Source: Felis catus (Eukaryota). From it: a stretch of 64,000 nt of DNA. Where the stretch lies: contig NC_058368.1 of the NCBI RefSeq assembly GCF_018350175.1, forward strand, positions 137,022,001 through 137,086,000, read 5' to 3'. The translations under genes and the position numbers were made by a program. Shown here one piece after another: positions 1 to 11,781 of this stretch (its first letter is position 1; every line of letters starts with the position of its first letter). Under the pieces are notes generated by a model. That model was given only the letters and a program-made list of their open reading frames with translations. It was not told where the DNA came from and did not search any database.

Positions 1-310
1 CTTCTAAAAAGTCATCACTTTTTCTAAGACAGCACTGTTCAGGAACCTTACAACAGTAGAATATAGATACTGCTATACATAGTGTGTAGAATTTGCTAAT
101 TGCTATTTCAATATTCATCCTCCTCCTTCCTTTAGAAAGGGTTTCTAAAGGAAATACAGGTTTTTGCTTGCGGTGACAATGTGCCCAGCCAAAACACTAG
201 TCTTTTCAGACTAACCCCTTCAGTTAGGGGTTACCTTGTACCACAGTTCTGACTAGTGAGATATAAGCAGCCAGCTGCTAGGGATTTCAGAGAAACCCTT
301 TTGCATTTCT

Positions 311-527
311 TTTTTTTTTTTTTTCAACGTTTATTTATTTTTGGGACAGAGAGAGACAGAGCACGAACGGGGGAGGGGCAGAGAGAGAGGGAGACACAGA
401 ATCGGAAACAGGCTCCAGGCTCTGAGCCATCAGCCCAGAGCCCGACGCGGGGCTCGAACTCACGGACCGCGAGATCGTGACCTGGCTGAAGTCGGACGCT
501 CAACCGACTGCGCCACCCAGGCGCCCC
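311..527 (-). mobile_element. Young feline Can-SINE (SINEC_Fc type)
   Basis: Reverse complement of the GGGGCGCCTGGGTGGCGCAGTCGGTTGAGCG head, (CT)n body and A-tail; CpGs intact; 15-bp TSD cccttttgcatttct at 296-310 and 530-544. Confidence 0.95.
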
Positions 528-1354
528 TCCCCTTTTGCATTTCTAATGTGGAAACCACTTGCTTTATCTTTTCCTTTTTTTCTTTTTTTCTGCCTGGAAT
601 ATGGATAGGAGACTGGAAGTGGAATAGTCATGATGCAACCATGGAGCAACCAGGTTAATGACAGTGCTTTCCACAGAGTGTAGTAGAGGGGAAGAGGGAA
701 ATTTTCAGTATGAAACTCGTACTCTGTTGCTGGCTGTCTTGTTATTAGATAAAATGAACCCTTTATTTGGTTAAGAAAATGTATTCAGAGTTCTATGGCT
801 TACAACTAAACACAGTCCCCACCTGATGCACAGAGCAATGTAAACTCTTCTCCCTGACTCTCAGGTCCTTTAGAACAGATCCAACACAATTCCCCTTCTC
901 ACTAAAATCGTCTCAACCCCAGTGAGACCAGGCTTTCACTATTCTGTACATGGAGCAAACTGATTTCTACCTCTCTGTCTTTGTTTAGACTGGTCAGCCA
1001 TGCAGGAATATTCTTTCCATTGATCCATTCCATCCTTCCAGGCTGAAGTTAAGTTCAGCTTCTTCCTGGAAACCTTTCCACCCTACTCTTATGCCCAGTT
1101 ACTTTCCCCTTCTTTCACATCCTATTGTATCGCCCCGCTCAATCCTGAGTGAAATACAGGTTTTTTTCTTTGCTTATTGCACTCTGGTTCTTTCATGCTT
1201 AGGTTTTGTTTACCCATAAGCTCCCTTCGGCCTGGATCCATACTCTTCTGTCTGCCATTGTGCCTTGCATGGTAGTGATTGCCCTGAAGTTACTTAATAC
1301 AGAGCTCTTGCCTGGTTGGGATTCTTACTATGCACTGCTGTATCTACTTTTTAA

Positions 1355-1576
1355 AGAATTTTTTTTTCAATTTTTTTAATGTTTATTCATTTTTGAGAGA
1401 AAGAGACATAGAGTGCAAGTGGGGGAGGGGCAGAGAGAGGGAGACACAGAATCCAAAGCAGGCTCCAGGCTCTGAGCTGTCAGCACAGAGCCTACCCGGA
1501 GCTCAAACTCACAAACTGTGAGATCATGACCTGAGGCGAAGTCGGACACTTAACCAACTGAGCCACGCAGGCACTC
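1355..1576 (-). mobile_element. Older Can-SINE
   Basis: Diverged Can-SINE head, body and tail on the minus strand. Confidence 0.9.
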
Positions 1577-1591
1577 CTGTGTCTGGTTTTT

Positions 1592-1815
1592 TTTTTTTTT
1601 AATTTTTTATTTCAACGTTTATTTATTTTTGGGACAGAGAGAGACAGAGCATGAACGGGGGAGGGGCAGAGAGAGAGGGAGACACAGAATCGGAAACAGG
1701 CTCCAGGCTCTGAGCCATCAGCCCAGAGCCTGACGTGGGGTTTGAACTCACGGACCGCGAGGTCGTGACCTGGCTGAAGTCGGACGCTTAACCGACTGCG
1801 CCACCCAGGCGCCCC
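1592..1815 (-). mobile_element. Young feline Can-SINE inserted at the end of the previous SINE
   Basis: Near-identical to 311-527; TSD ctcctgtgtctggttttt at 1574-1591 and 1815-1832. Confidence 0.95.
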
Positions 1816-2641
1816 TCCTGTGTCTGGTTTTTAAAACACGTTTGTCTATGGCTTTAAGAGGACATGTGAATTTAGGCTGTATTTCTGTCTAGTAAGTTAG
1901 TATTCCCATAGGCTGCCAATTCAGAATCAGTATGAATTTGCCAGTTGGAGAAAGTTGCAGCAGCAAACATTGTCATTGTGGATTGTTGCTGTGATCATTG
2001 TGTTGAAATCACACATTGTTGACAGAGCATTTGCGGGCATTGGAGATCACTCTCCAGGCCTTTAAATCTAGGTTTCAGCATCAGGAGGATGTGAGATGAG
2101 GATTCTTGGAACCCATTTCTCCCTGCCTCACGAGGACTACAAAGGCCAGTTAAAACACTCTGTTTGGGTGAAGGGCCACAGATCTGCTGTCGAGCTCCTC
2201 TGTTGAGCTGGGCTGCCACAGTGGGTGAAGCCAGCCCAATACTCTACTTAGAGGGTGGCATTCCTGGTCTTCCACTGAATGCAAAGAAAGAAAGGAGGGG
2301 GAAGACGGGAAAACAGCATCTTTGATTAAGCCTTTGGGGATTTAGTTACTCTTCTATGAATTGGAAATAATCACTGGACTTATGGACAGTTTGTATTCTT
2401 CCTTGGACACTTCAACTGTGAAAAACAAAAAGGACATCAGCACAGGGAGGGGGTTCCAAATTCAGAACTGAAGTTCATTGTAATTTCTCACTTTTCTATT
2501 TTAATTTTTCTTCAATGAGATATCACCACATTAATATACTGGCTTTCTGTCTGAAACATACACATATATGCATGCATACACCCACAAGCCATGCAAAGCT
2601 ATATTTTATACAAGTTGTTAAATTTTGTGTGTTATATTAAC

Positions 2642-3373
2642 AAATATAGCCATTATGGAAATATGTATGGAGGTTCCTCAAGAAATTAAAAATAGAACTA
2701 CCATATGATCAGCAATTCCACTTCTGAGTATATATCCAAAGGAAAAAAAAAAACATTATCTTGAAGAGATAACTACACTCCCATGTTTACTGCGGCATAA
2801 TTCACAATAGTCAAGAGGTGGAAACAACCCAAGTGTCTGTCAATGGATGAATGAATCAAGAGCATATATACAGTAGAATATTATTCAGCCTTAAAAAAGA
2901 AGGAATCGTGGCATTTGTGACAACATAAATGCACCTTGAGTGCATTATGCTAAGTGAACTAAGATAAATACTACATGATATCACTCGCATGTGGAAATCT
3001 AAAGAAAAAAAATTGAACTCATACAGAGAGCGAAGAAGTGGTTGCCAGGGGCTGGGTTGTAGGGGAAATAGAGGGAGGCTGATAAAAGTGTATAAACTTT
3101 CAGTTATGAGATGAAAAATCTGAGCATCTAATGTAAAACATGGTGGCTGTACCTGATAACACTGTACTGTATATTTGACATTTTCTAAAAGAGTAAAACT
3201 TAAATGTACTCACCAAAAAAGAGGGGGGGCATAAATATGTGGGGTAATGCATGTGTTAGTTAACTAGTTGGGGGGAATCCTTTCACAATGTATATGTGCA
3301 TCCAGTCATCACATTGTTTAAATATTTTAGGATTTTGTTTGCCAATTTTACCTCAGTAAAGCCAGAAAAAAAT
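2642..3373 (+). mobile_element. L1 3' fragment (L1MA/carnivore L1; ORF2 end plus 3'UTR)
   Basis: ggaggttcctcaagaaattaaaaatagaactaccatatgat ... atggatgaatg ... ending in an A-rich tail; typical L1 3' motifs. Confidence 0.9.
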
Positions 3374-4019
3374 GGGGAATTCTCTTCAAAGATAAAGTCC
3401 TCCTAATCCCTTAAAACATTGGCATGAGTGTGTATTATAGAATAACAATCCCTAGTATAAGAAATTGCAATGGCTTTGTTATTTGGTGTATTAATCTCTA
3501 TTTTAAAAAATTTTTGTTAGCAAAACAAGCAAATAAAAATGATAGGGAACATGAAATAATTGTCTTTTGGGACAGACCTTGGGGAAGATGCCCACAGGAC
3601 CCATTCATAAATGTCTGTGAGTTACTTTGGGGACACTCTGAGGAGTCTCGGTGTTGTTTAGTAGAAACCTACCAGGCAGTCTTGACAGAAAAGAACAGAG
3701 TCGAAGCTTATGAGCAGCAACACTGGGGCTTGCAGGACTCACACGATTCCTTGAGGCCTCAAGGGCTCAGGAGTGACCTCCAGGCTGCCTCCATAAATTG
3801 ATCTCTGATGTATCTGTTGCTCACCTCAGGCAAGGCCCATGGGGGTGAGGAAAGAAGGGACTCTTCTGCAAAGATATATAAGATGCAGTGCCTTTCTTTT
3901 GGGAGCTTGCCACCTAGTTGAGGAAACAAGCCAGAGTCGGCAGGATCACAGATTGTCTGAGTTGGAGGGGACGTAAAAAGTCTAAAACATAAGCCACATT
4001 ATAAGTTTCTTAACCATTC

Positions 4020-4155
4020 GGGGTTCTTGGTTTCCACATTTATGAAATGGGCTGATGTTGCCTACCTTAGTAGTGAATTGAATGAGATCATGTATCTTGT
4101 AGAGAGCCTGCCAATAATAAGTGTAGTTCAATCTGCTTTTAGTATTATCATTATT
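4020..4155 (+). mobile_element. MIR fragment
   Basis: Degenerate MIR core (gtttccacatttatgaaatggg ... aatgagatcatgtat). Confidence 0.6.
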
Positions 4156-4604
4156 GTAAAGTCAGCAAGTTGTGTTCAATAAATGATGCTGATAATAGGA
4201 TATCACTTCAAAGTGGAGCCATGAATTAATAGAGGGTGAAAGGGGAAAGAAGGAGGGGGAATGCTGTCAGTAAGTAACTGAGGAGAAGGTATGCTTCTGG
4301 TTATAGTAATGGACCTGGGCTATCCAGAGAGTGTCTCCAATGGTGAGTCAGTCTATAAAAACTGGGCTCAGGGGACGACACAGTGACACCACTTGTCCTG
4401 AACAAGAAGAAGACATTTAACCACAGCCCCGTCCCTAGCCCTGAGTGCCAACAGAGCTTAATACAAGCAAAGAAGTAAAGTATGACCCCACAGTAATGGT
4501 GCCTGCATCATTTAAAGTTACATGATCTCCCATCCTCCAGCTTTTCACAGCCCCAAGCTTTATTTTCCAGTGTACTATCAGAAAAAAAATCTTTGCCATT
4601 CATT

Positions 4605-4903
4605 TATTCTCTGTTTTGCCCCACTGGACCATAAACTCCATGAGACTAGGTCCTTGCCTGTTCTATTCACTGTTGTATCCACCTAGAAGAGTACCCTGCC
4701 CATAGTAGGTTAGCACGTTGGAATCACTTGGGAACTTTTAAATGTACGATACCCACCCACCCCCAACACCTAAAAACAATGCCATGCCTAGACCCCTCCC
4801 CAGATCTAAATTACACCAGCATCTCTGGAGGTGGGGACCCAGCATTGGTGTATTTCAAGAGCTCTGTAGGTGATTCTTACAGCCACCCAAGATTAAGAAT
4901 TAC
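4605..4903. mobile_element. L2 3' fragment followed by MER5A-like hAT-Charlie MITE
   Basis: aaactccatgagactagg...ttcactgttgtatcc (L2), then gaatcacttggga...catctctggaggtgggg...aggtgattct (MER5). Confidence 0.65.
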
Positions 4904-6287
4904 TTGAGGGAGGTTTGCAATAAAGCTCTGTTGAGTATAAATGAAAGAATGTATACAATAAGGGAAAGGTGAGTGAGCATAGGGTGGTAGAGGAAGGATT
5001 CTGATGGAAGAAGCCCTGTGATATCCTCTTTCTGCCACACAACAAGGCTACTAGAAATGGGTCTATGGGTAATAAGATTCTTCTCTACGACAAGGCTGAG
5101 TTGATGAGGCATAACACATGCAATGGCCATTTTGGAGTCCATGTAATCCACAAAGGGAAGCATCCTGAGCACGTCATGCTGTACCTGGTGGTGGTGGGGT
5201 GCCACCAGTGCACCATTTGAGTACATATGAGTTTTAGACTAGAGAATCTTCTCCACCACTTTTTTTCCTCCCAAGCCCCAACCTACCCCCAAGGTCCTGC
5301 CTTGCTACCTGCTAAGAAGCTGGGCTGCAGATATGGTCCCCACTAAGGGATGGCTCTTCTTGGCTCTGCTAACCTGCAAGGCTTGACAATGAGGAAGGAG
5401 CTCAAGAAGGTTTTCTCCCTGCATGACTATGATACTTCTGAAAGGTTGAGCTGTGGGATTTTTTTTTTCTCACTTCTCTCTTGGAAATCACCTCCATATG
5501 CTGATTGGACTGTAGGATAAGACTTCTTCTTTACATTGAGAAATCATTTCCCATTATATTTAGGAAGCAAAGTGGAGCTGCTGTTTTTTCAGCTTCCTTA
5601 GTGACTTTTAATGCCATTTGTCAAGTTTGGTTGTCTTTGAAAAAAAATATTTTTTTGTTTTTGTACAATAAATGACTAAGTGCAGAGTCTTCCCTTGTAC
5701 TTTGATTGGGAGTTCACACCTTTTAGAATATCCAGCTCATATTTTTAGAAAGAAACGACTGATACTATTGACATTTAATTCCATTAAAATGCTTCATCCA
5801 ATTTCCCCTGCCCCGTATAGGATACACAGGTTACTGGAAAAAATTCAATGACACTAATCCAAATGTCTATATTAAGTGTGGAGGAAAGGTAGAGTAATGC
5901 TTTTAATATCCCAGAAGCTGAGCTAATGACATCGAAATGGCTGATGTTTAGAAAGCCATTGTGGCAGGAAAAGGTGACTATTTTAGGTGCTGTTGGTATC
6001 TGCAGTGGGTGGGGGAGTGGTCTTTGAAACTGGGGTTGAACAAGCAGGTTTTTATTCCTGGGTCATTGTGAGTTTTACACAAAGGGCTTTGCTATAAATC
6101 AATGCTACTAATAGTAAAATAATGCCTATAATTAACTGAGGACTCACCACATACAAGGTTTTTAACGTGGATTATCTTGTTCAATTACTACTATTATCAA
6201 TCCCACAGATAGGGAATCCCACAGAGGCATTATAAGTATAAATTATTTGTCTAAGGTCACATAGCCTGAAAGTAGCAGCTCTTAGCC

Positions 6288-6506
6288 AGGTGTTGGTAAA
6301 CTTTTACTGTAAGAGTCAGAGAGTAAATATTTTTGGCTTTGTGAGGCCTACAGTCTCTGTTGCAACTATTCAACCTATTATTGTAAAGAAAGCAGCCATA
6401 GTAGCCATGTAAACAAATGGGAGTGGCTGTGTTCCAATAAAACTTTATATACAAAAACAGATGGTGGGCTGGATTTGGCCTCAGCGCTGTCATTTGCTAA
6501 CTCCTA
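6288..6506. mobile_element. MER58A-like hAT-Charlie MITE inserted in a MIR
   Basis: caggtgttggtaaactttt...gtggctgtgttccaataaaacttta...tttgctaactcct, flanked on both sides by ctcttagc (8-bp hAT-type TSD). Confidence 0.85.
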
Positions 6507-6801
6507 CTCTTAGCCATGACACTAAGCTCTCTTCTGAGGCCTGTTGCGGGATTCTTCTGTTCTAATAACCCTCTTTCAAGATCTTTTACATTTACATATG
6601 GGCTATTGCAAACACTAATCAAGCCTACTTACACAAAGCCCTACTGGGCAAATAATTGAATTTTTTGATGAATCCTAATCCTCATTGCCAGCAGCACTCT
6701 AAATGTTATGATAGGAAAGGGCTTTTAGATGAGTGGGATTATAAACCACACAAGGACTCTTCAGAGGAAAGCTTCCAAGTGCATCTTAGCTCTCCGGAGT
6801 T

Positions 6802-7102
6802 TGTGAGCTGGCAGAGTAGAAGAGGAGTTAGGTTTTCGCAGCACCCACTCTGCGCCAGGTGCTGTGCAGGGCTCTGCATGCTCTTCCAGTTCTCGAGATG
6901 TCTTTATGTACTACTCCTCCCATGCAAGTTTCAAGGCGGCACTCAAAAAAATACAATACCAACAAGATAAGAGAACTAAAGAAGTTGGGGCATTACATAA
7001 CTTAATCCTCACATCAATCCTGCGAGACCATTATTCCTTATAGATGAGAAATAGAAGCTCAGAGGAGAAGTTACTTGCCTGAGGCCAAAGAACAAATAAG
7101 TG
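6802..7102 (+). repeat. Inverted duplication arm 1 (probable donor copy; includes MIR-derived sequence)
   Basis: Reverse complement of 11480-11781; by manual alignment 6 substitutions and 1 indel. Confidence 0.97.
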
Positions 7103-7272
7103 GCTGAGTTGACATTTCATCCCAGATGTGACCACTTTCTATGCCTGTACACCTTCTGTTACGTCACGCTGTCCACTTCACAGTAGACTGTACCCCTCAC
7201 CTTGCTTCGAAACTCAATCACAGACTCACTTAAGTTTGGAAAGTCAGTTAAATTTGATACTGTATTTACTCC

Positions 7273-7389
7273 TTTCTCTAGAAAGGGTATTTTCTCTAGA
7301 AAATAGAAATATTTTCTCTAGAAATAGAAAGGGTATTTTCTCTAGAAAATAGAAAATATTTTCTCTAGAAAATACCCTTTCTAGAGAAA
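7273..7389. repeat. Compound tandem/inverted array of TTTTCTCTAGAAA units
   Basis: 23-bp perfect terminal inverted repeat (tttctctagaaagggtattttct / agaaaataccctttctagagaaa) enclosing a ~46-bp direct tandem duplication. Confidence 0.95.
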
Positions 7390-8004
7390 TGTATACCGTT
7401 TCTCTGATATACCCCACGTGCTTCACAGAGTTGCTGTAATAATCAAACATGGTAGTGCAGGTGAAGGAAGGATCCTTGCAAAGGGTGAAACACACTGTAG
7501 ATGTGTAGTAGTGTTATCTATCAGGGAACTGGTTGTAGTTCTGGTGAGGCAGGCCCCTTCCCCTCCTTACCACACTGCTGACCACTGAAAGTATTCCCCT
7601 GCACCCAGGGGACCCTGGCCACTGAATCATTCAGATTGCCCAGGTCTGGGAAGGAATTGGTCCCCAAAAATCCCCTGAAATCAACCCAAAGTCCAGGAAC
7701 TTGGAAAAGGTTATAGAATAGTCATCCAATTTCTAATCACATAAGTGACTCTTATAAGCACACATATTAAGTGTCATTGCTATGCCTCCCCACACTGTAT
7801 TCATCCTATTTCTATTCCTCTAGTTTCAGAATGGACTTTTTACCCTCAAGATGAGTGTAAATTCAACCAGATCTTCCAGACTGATCCCCTGCCCAGTTGT
7901 TTCAACAACGTGGTAGGGAGCAGTGGTACCTGCTTCATTCAAAGCCTGGAGCTCCACCTCACTGGGGGGAGGCTTGCATGTGTCTTTGCCCTGAACTTGT
8001 GACT

Positions 8005-8227
8005 ATTTATTTATTTATTTATTTATGGTTATTTATTTATTTTGAAAGAGTCAGACAGTGAGCATGAGTGGGGGAGGGACAGAGAGAAAGGTGAGAGAGA
8101 ATCCCAAGCAGGCTCCACACTGTCAGCGTGAGCTGGATGTGGGGCTCCATCCAACGAACCATGAGGTTACAACCTGAGCTGAAACCAAGAGTGGGATACT
8201 CAACCGACTGAGCCACCCAGGTACCCC
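8005..8227 (-). mobile_element. Can-SINE
   Basis: (TTTA)n tail, gagagaatcccaagcaggctcc body; imperfect TSD aacttgtgac/aacctgtgac. Confidence 0.9.
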
Positions 8228-8289
8228 AAACCTGTGACCTTTTAAAACTCTTGGCTAAAAAAACTTGAAAAGTTTGAAAATAATTTGAT

Positions 8290-8490
8290 TATACAAGGAG
8301 AAAAATTCCTGTATGTCAAAAATCATGTAAAATTCAAAAAGAAATGGCAGACTGGAAAAATAACTGCAACATATGACAGAGAAACAATATTACCTCATAT
8401 CGAAGAACTTCTACAAATCAGTCACAAATGTGACTACTTAAAGTGGAAAACTGGGCAAAAGCCATCAAAAGGGAATGCACATGAATAGTT
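8290..8490 (+). mobile_element. Old L1 (L1ME-like) ORF2 fragment
   Basis: cagactggaaaaataactgcaacatatgacaga...gaacttctacaaatca resembles the L1 ORF2 3' region. Confidence 0.6.
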
Positions 8491-8789
8491 CTAAAGACAG
8501 ATTTAAAACAAACAAAAAAAAATTTTTGAGCTAGTTTCAAGTAACACCAGACACCCAATTCTCATGGAGTCACCAGTAATAGAAATGTTTTGACAAATCA
8601 TACAGTATCATATCTGGCATGTGTGTAATCTCTGTATAAACCCACACCTGCCTGAGGCAGTTTAGGTGATTGAAGAGAATGATACCAGAGACAAGGATTG
8701 GACTGAGTTTCAGATTTAAAGTTTATGAAAACACCATATACAAATATGACCAATATTTCATCACTGATATTTTTGACACAGGGGGAAAC

Positions 8790-8793
<4 letters not shown>

Positions 8794-8833
<40 letters not shown>

Positions 8834-8872
8834 TATATATGCATATATATTTGCATATATATGCATATATAT
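8794..8872. repeat. (TA)n microsatellite with GCA interruptions
   Basis: Direct observation. Confidence 0.95.
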
Positions 8873-10299
8873 TTGCAGAGAGAGAGAGGGGAGAATAGAA
8901 GCAGCCTCACAAACTCTTGTCTTGCAACAATGTCTGGAATTGAAGTATACAAGGCCTGAGGCTCATCTAAGGCTAAATTCACACAGGGAGAAAATCCATT
9001 CATGAAACTAAATCATCCTAATGCAGATGACATTTCATGAGTAGAGAGTACAACCAAAGTGTGAAGGACAGTTTCCAAATCAGTGTAAAAGTGTGAAGAA
9101 ATAGCTGGATCTAAAGTGAGTAAGAATTGTGTGACAAATTGATGAGGTGGTGAGGAAAAGCCAATTAAGATACTGACAGGCTTACTCTGAAAGTCTGAAT
9201 GGTACAGGACTGAATCTGGAAGATTCTGGGTAAAGATTATTTCCTTGGAAGGATTAGCAAAAGAAAGAGTTCTTTTAAGTGCTTCCTCTTATCCTATTGT
9301 TTGTTCCTTGGAGCTTTTTGACTTTGAGCTGTTGGGAATAACTTGGTTTTAGCTGATCTCTCTGTCTCTGTGTCTCTCCCCCTCTCCTCCACTCTGCATT
9401 ACGAGCAACAGGCTGATTCTGTTAGATTATTAACCTTCTATGTTTTTTTTTTTAACAAAAAGGGTACATTTGATAGATGACATCATTTAATGGGGTGTTT
9501 GGGATATAGCCCCTTTAAGTTTTCATCTTCATTTGTGCTGATTGAAGAAACGCTGAGGCTAACTTAAGATGAGCTATATGAATAAGTAATAGAACATCTT
9601 TTGACTTAACATCTAGTAAGAGGTAACTCATTTGGATTCCATTTCATAACAAAATATGAGCAAATTCAATCTAGAGTTTAGCGAATTATCTTTAATTTCT
9701 GAAACCTTTGGTTTTTCAGAGTAAAAGTCTATTCTGTACTCATTCATGGGAAATTTGATGTGAGTAGAGAATGCCTCTGCCTGAGAACTTTTTAGGGAGA
9801 ATCCAACAAGCCACACTTAAGAGTGTTGCTTGGTAGGTTTTATTCTCAGAGAAATGAGTCCTGGGCCGATTTGTATCTTGTCAACTTCATGTGAAGAAAG
9901 AATGGGATATTCTAGGAAAGAGCATCATATGTGGACAGTCTAAAACTGGATGGTAAATCAGCCCTCTGGGTGCTCTGTAGACTGCTGGCAAATGACAGGC
10001 ATGATATAAGGCCCACAGAGTGTTGTGGTTAGCAGAACAGGAAGAAAATCATGAAAGCAATTGAGATAAGCTGGCTATTGATCAGAATGAATTAAACACA
10101 AAATGAGTTAGCACCACAATTAGATGAAGGTGAGCAGCTCTATACAATTTATTTTTAATGACTTTTAAATAATATGAATTCATTACCATTGTAAAGCTTA
10201 ACACTAAAATGTTTGAAGAAGAAAACGAGAAAAAGAATACCATTACCAAGAGTAACTTAATATTTTGGTTTGTTTCCTTCAAGTCTTTTATATGCATGA

Positions 10300-10540
10300 A
10301 TATGTCTTCTTTTCCAACACTATTTACTGTACGTCTCTATGCCATATACAAATACCACTGTAGTAGATAACTTTTACACATAGATATTGGTTGAGTCTCT
10401 ATCATTTCCTTAGATTAGATTCTCTAGAAATAGGATTACTGAGTCAAAGGATATGAATCTTCAAGTCTTAGTACATATTACCAGATTGATTTCCAGAAAA
10501 GTCAACTACTCATTTCCTTAAATGCATCTTTTTACCATCT
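10300..10540 (-). mobile_element. Old L1 (L1ME-like) fragment
   Basis: tttccttagattagattctctagaaataggattactgagtcaaagg is a typical antisense L1M motif. Confidence 0.6.
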
Positions 10541-11479
10541 TTGAATCCTTTTGTTTTCCACCTGAAATTATATAAGCTGCTAAACTTAACCCAACATTTT
10601 TGTAATAGGAATAAAAAATAATTCCAGGTTTATTGAAAGAATTATTTTGCGATATTGTGGTAAATTACACTAAGATATTCTCAAGTTGTAAAAATAACTT
10701 TTATACCCACTATTACATTTAGTTTCCGCAAAAACCCCATGAGATGAAGAGAATTAATTGTAGGATGTTTCAAGCATGGGAGAGGATTTCAGGCATCATC
10801 TTGGTCAGATTGTATTAATATTTCTATGTGACAGAGGCACAGAGAGAAGATGAGAGTTTTGAAGTTCCAGAGCCCAAGTGTCTAGAATCTCAGATCATGT
10901 ATTACTTCCACTGGATGACCTTGACTCTATACTGGCTCCTGTAAGCCTTTTGTCATTCCCAAGTTCCTCCTCCCCTACACTTTGTTATCAATCCACTGGG
11001 AAGTATACCTCTCAGTCTCTCCCCGTCACATGGATTTGCAGATAACTGGAAATCTAGACTCAGACTCATAAGCAGAGAGAGAGAGCAGTCTGGAAATGAG
11101 CATTTTATCTGTGATATATATGATGATTTAGAAAAGAAGGATATGGGTGAAAATGAGCCAGTGGAGTTGAGATAATCAGGTCTGAACTTGGAGTGAACTT
11201 GATAAACCAAGTGGTCAAGGGAAGCTTAGTAAGAACAAGTCTAGGGGCTGCAGGCTCAACATATTATACTGCCGGACTGTTCTGATCATGAGGACTGCCG
11301 AATGCCAGAGTATGCTGACACAGGGAGAATCATTTCCATGGATAATTCTCACTTGCTCACGTGAATTAGATAGCACAGGTGAGTTGTGTCAACAGACAGG
11401 AAGAATCCTCAATGAAAATTGTCAAGACTTCTTCTACCCCAAAGATTTCTACACTCTGCGGAGGATCATCTGGTTAACG

Positions 11480-11781
11480 CACTTATTTATTCTTTGGCCT
11501 TAGGCAAGTAACTTCTCCTCTGAGCTTCTGTTTCTCATCTATAAGGAATAATGGTCTCGCAGGATTGATGTGAGGATTAAGTTATGTAATGCCCCAACTT
11601 CTTTAGTTCTCTTATCTTGTTGGTATTGTATATTTTTGAGTGCCGCCTTGAAACTTGCATGGAAGGAGTAGTACATAAAGACACTCTCGAGAACTGGAAG
11701 AGCATGCAGAGCCCTGCACAGCACCTGGCGCAGAGTGGGTGCTGCGAAAACCTAACTCCTCTTCTACCCTGCCAGCTCACA
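11480..11781 (-). repeat. Inverted duplication arm 2 (probable inserted copy)
   Basis: Reverse complement of 6802-7102; flanked by catctggtta at 11467-11476 and 11780-11789. Confidence 0.97.

Noticed and set aside
256..658. ORFs such as MGQRETEHERGRG..., and similar ones at other SINEs
   Set aside because: Read-through of Can-SINE sequence; not genes.
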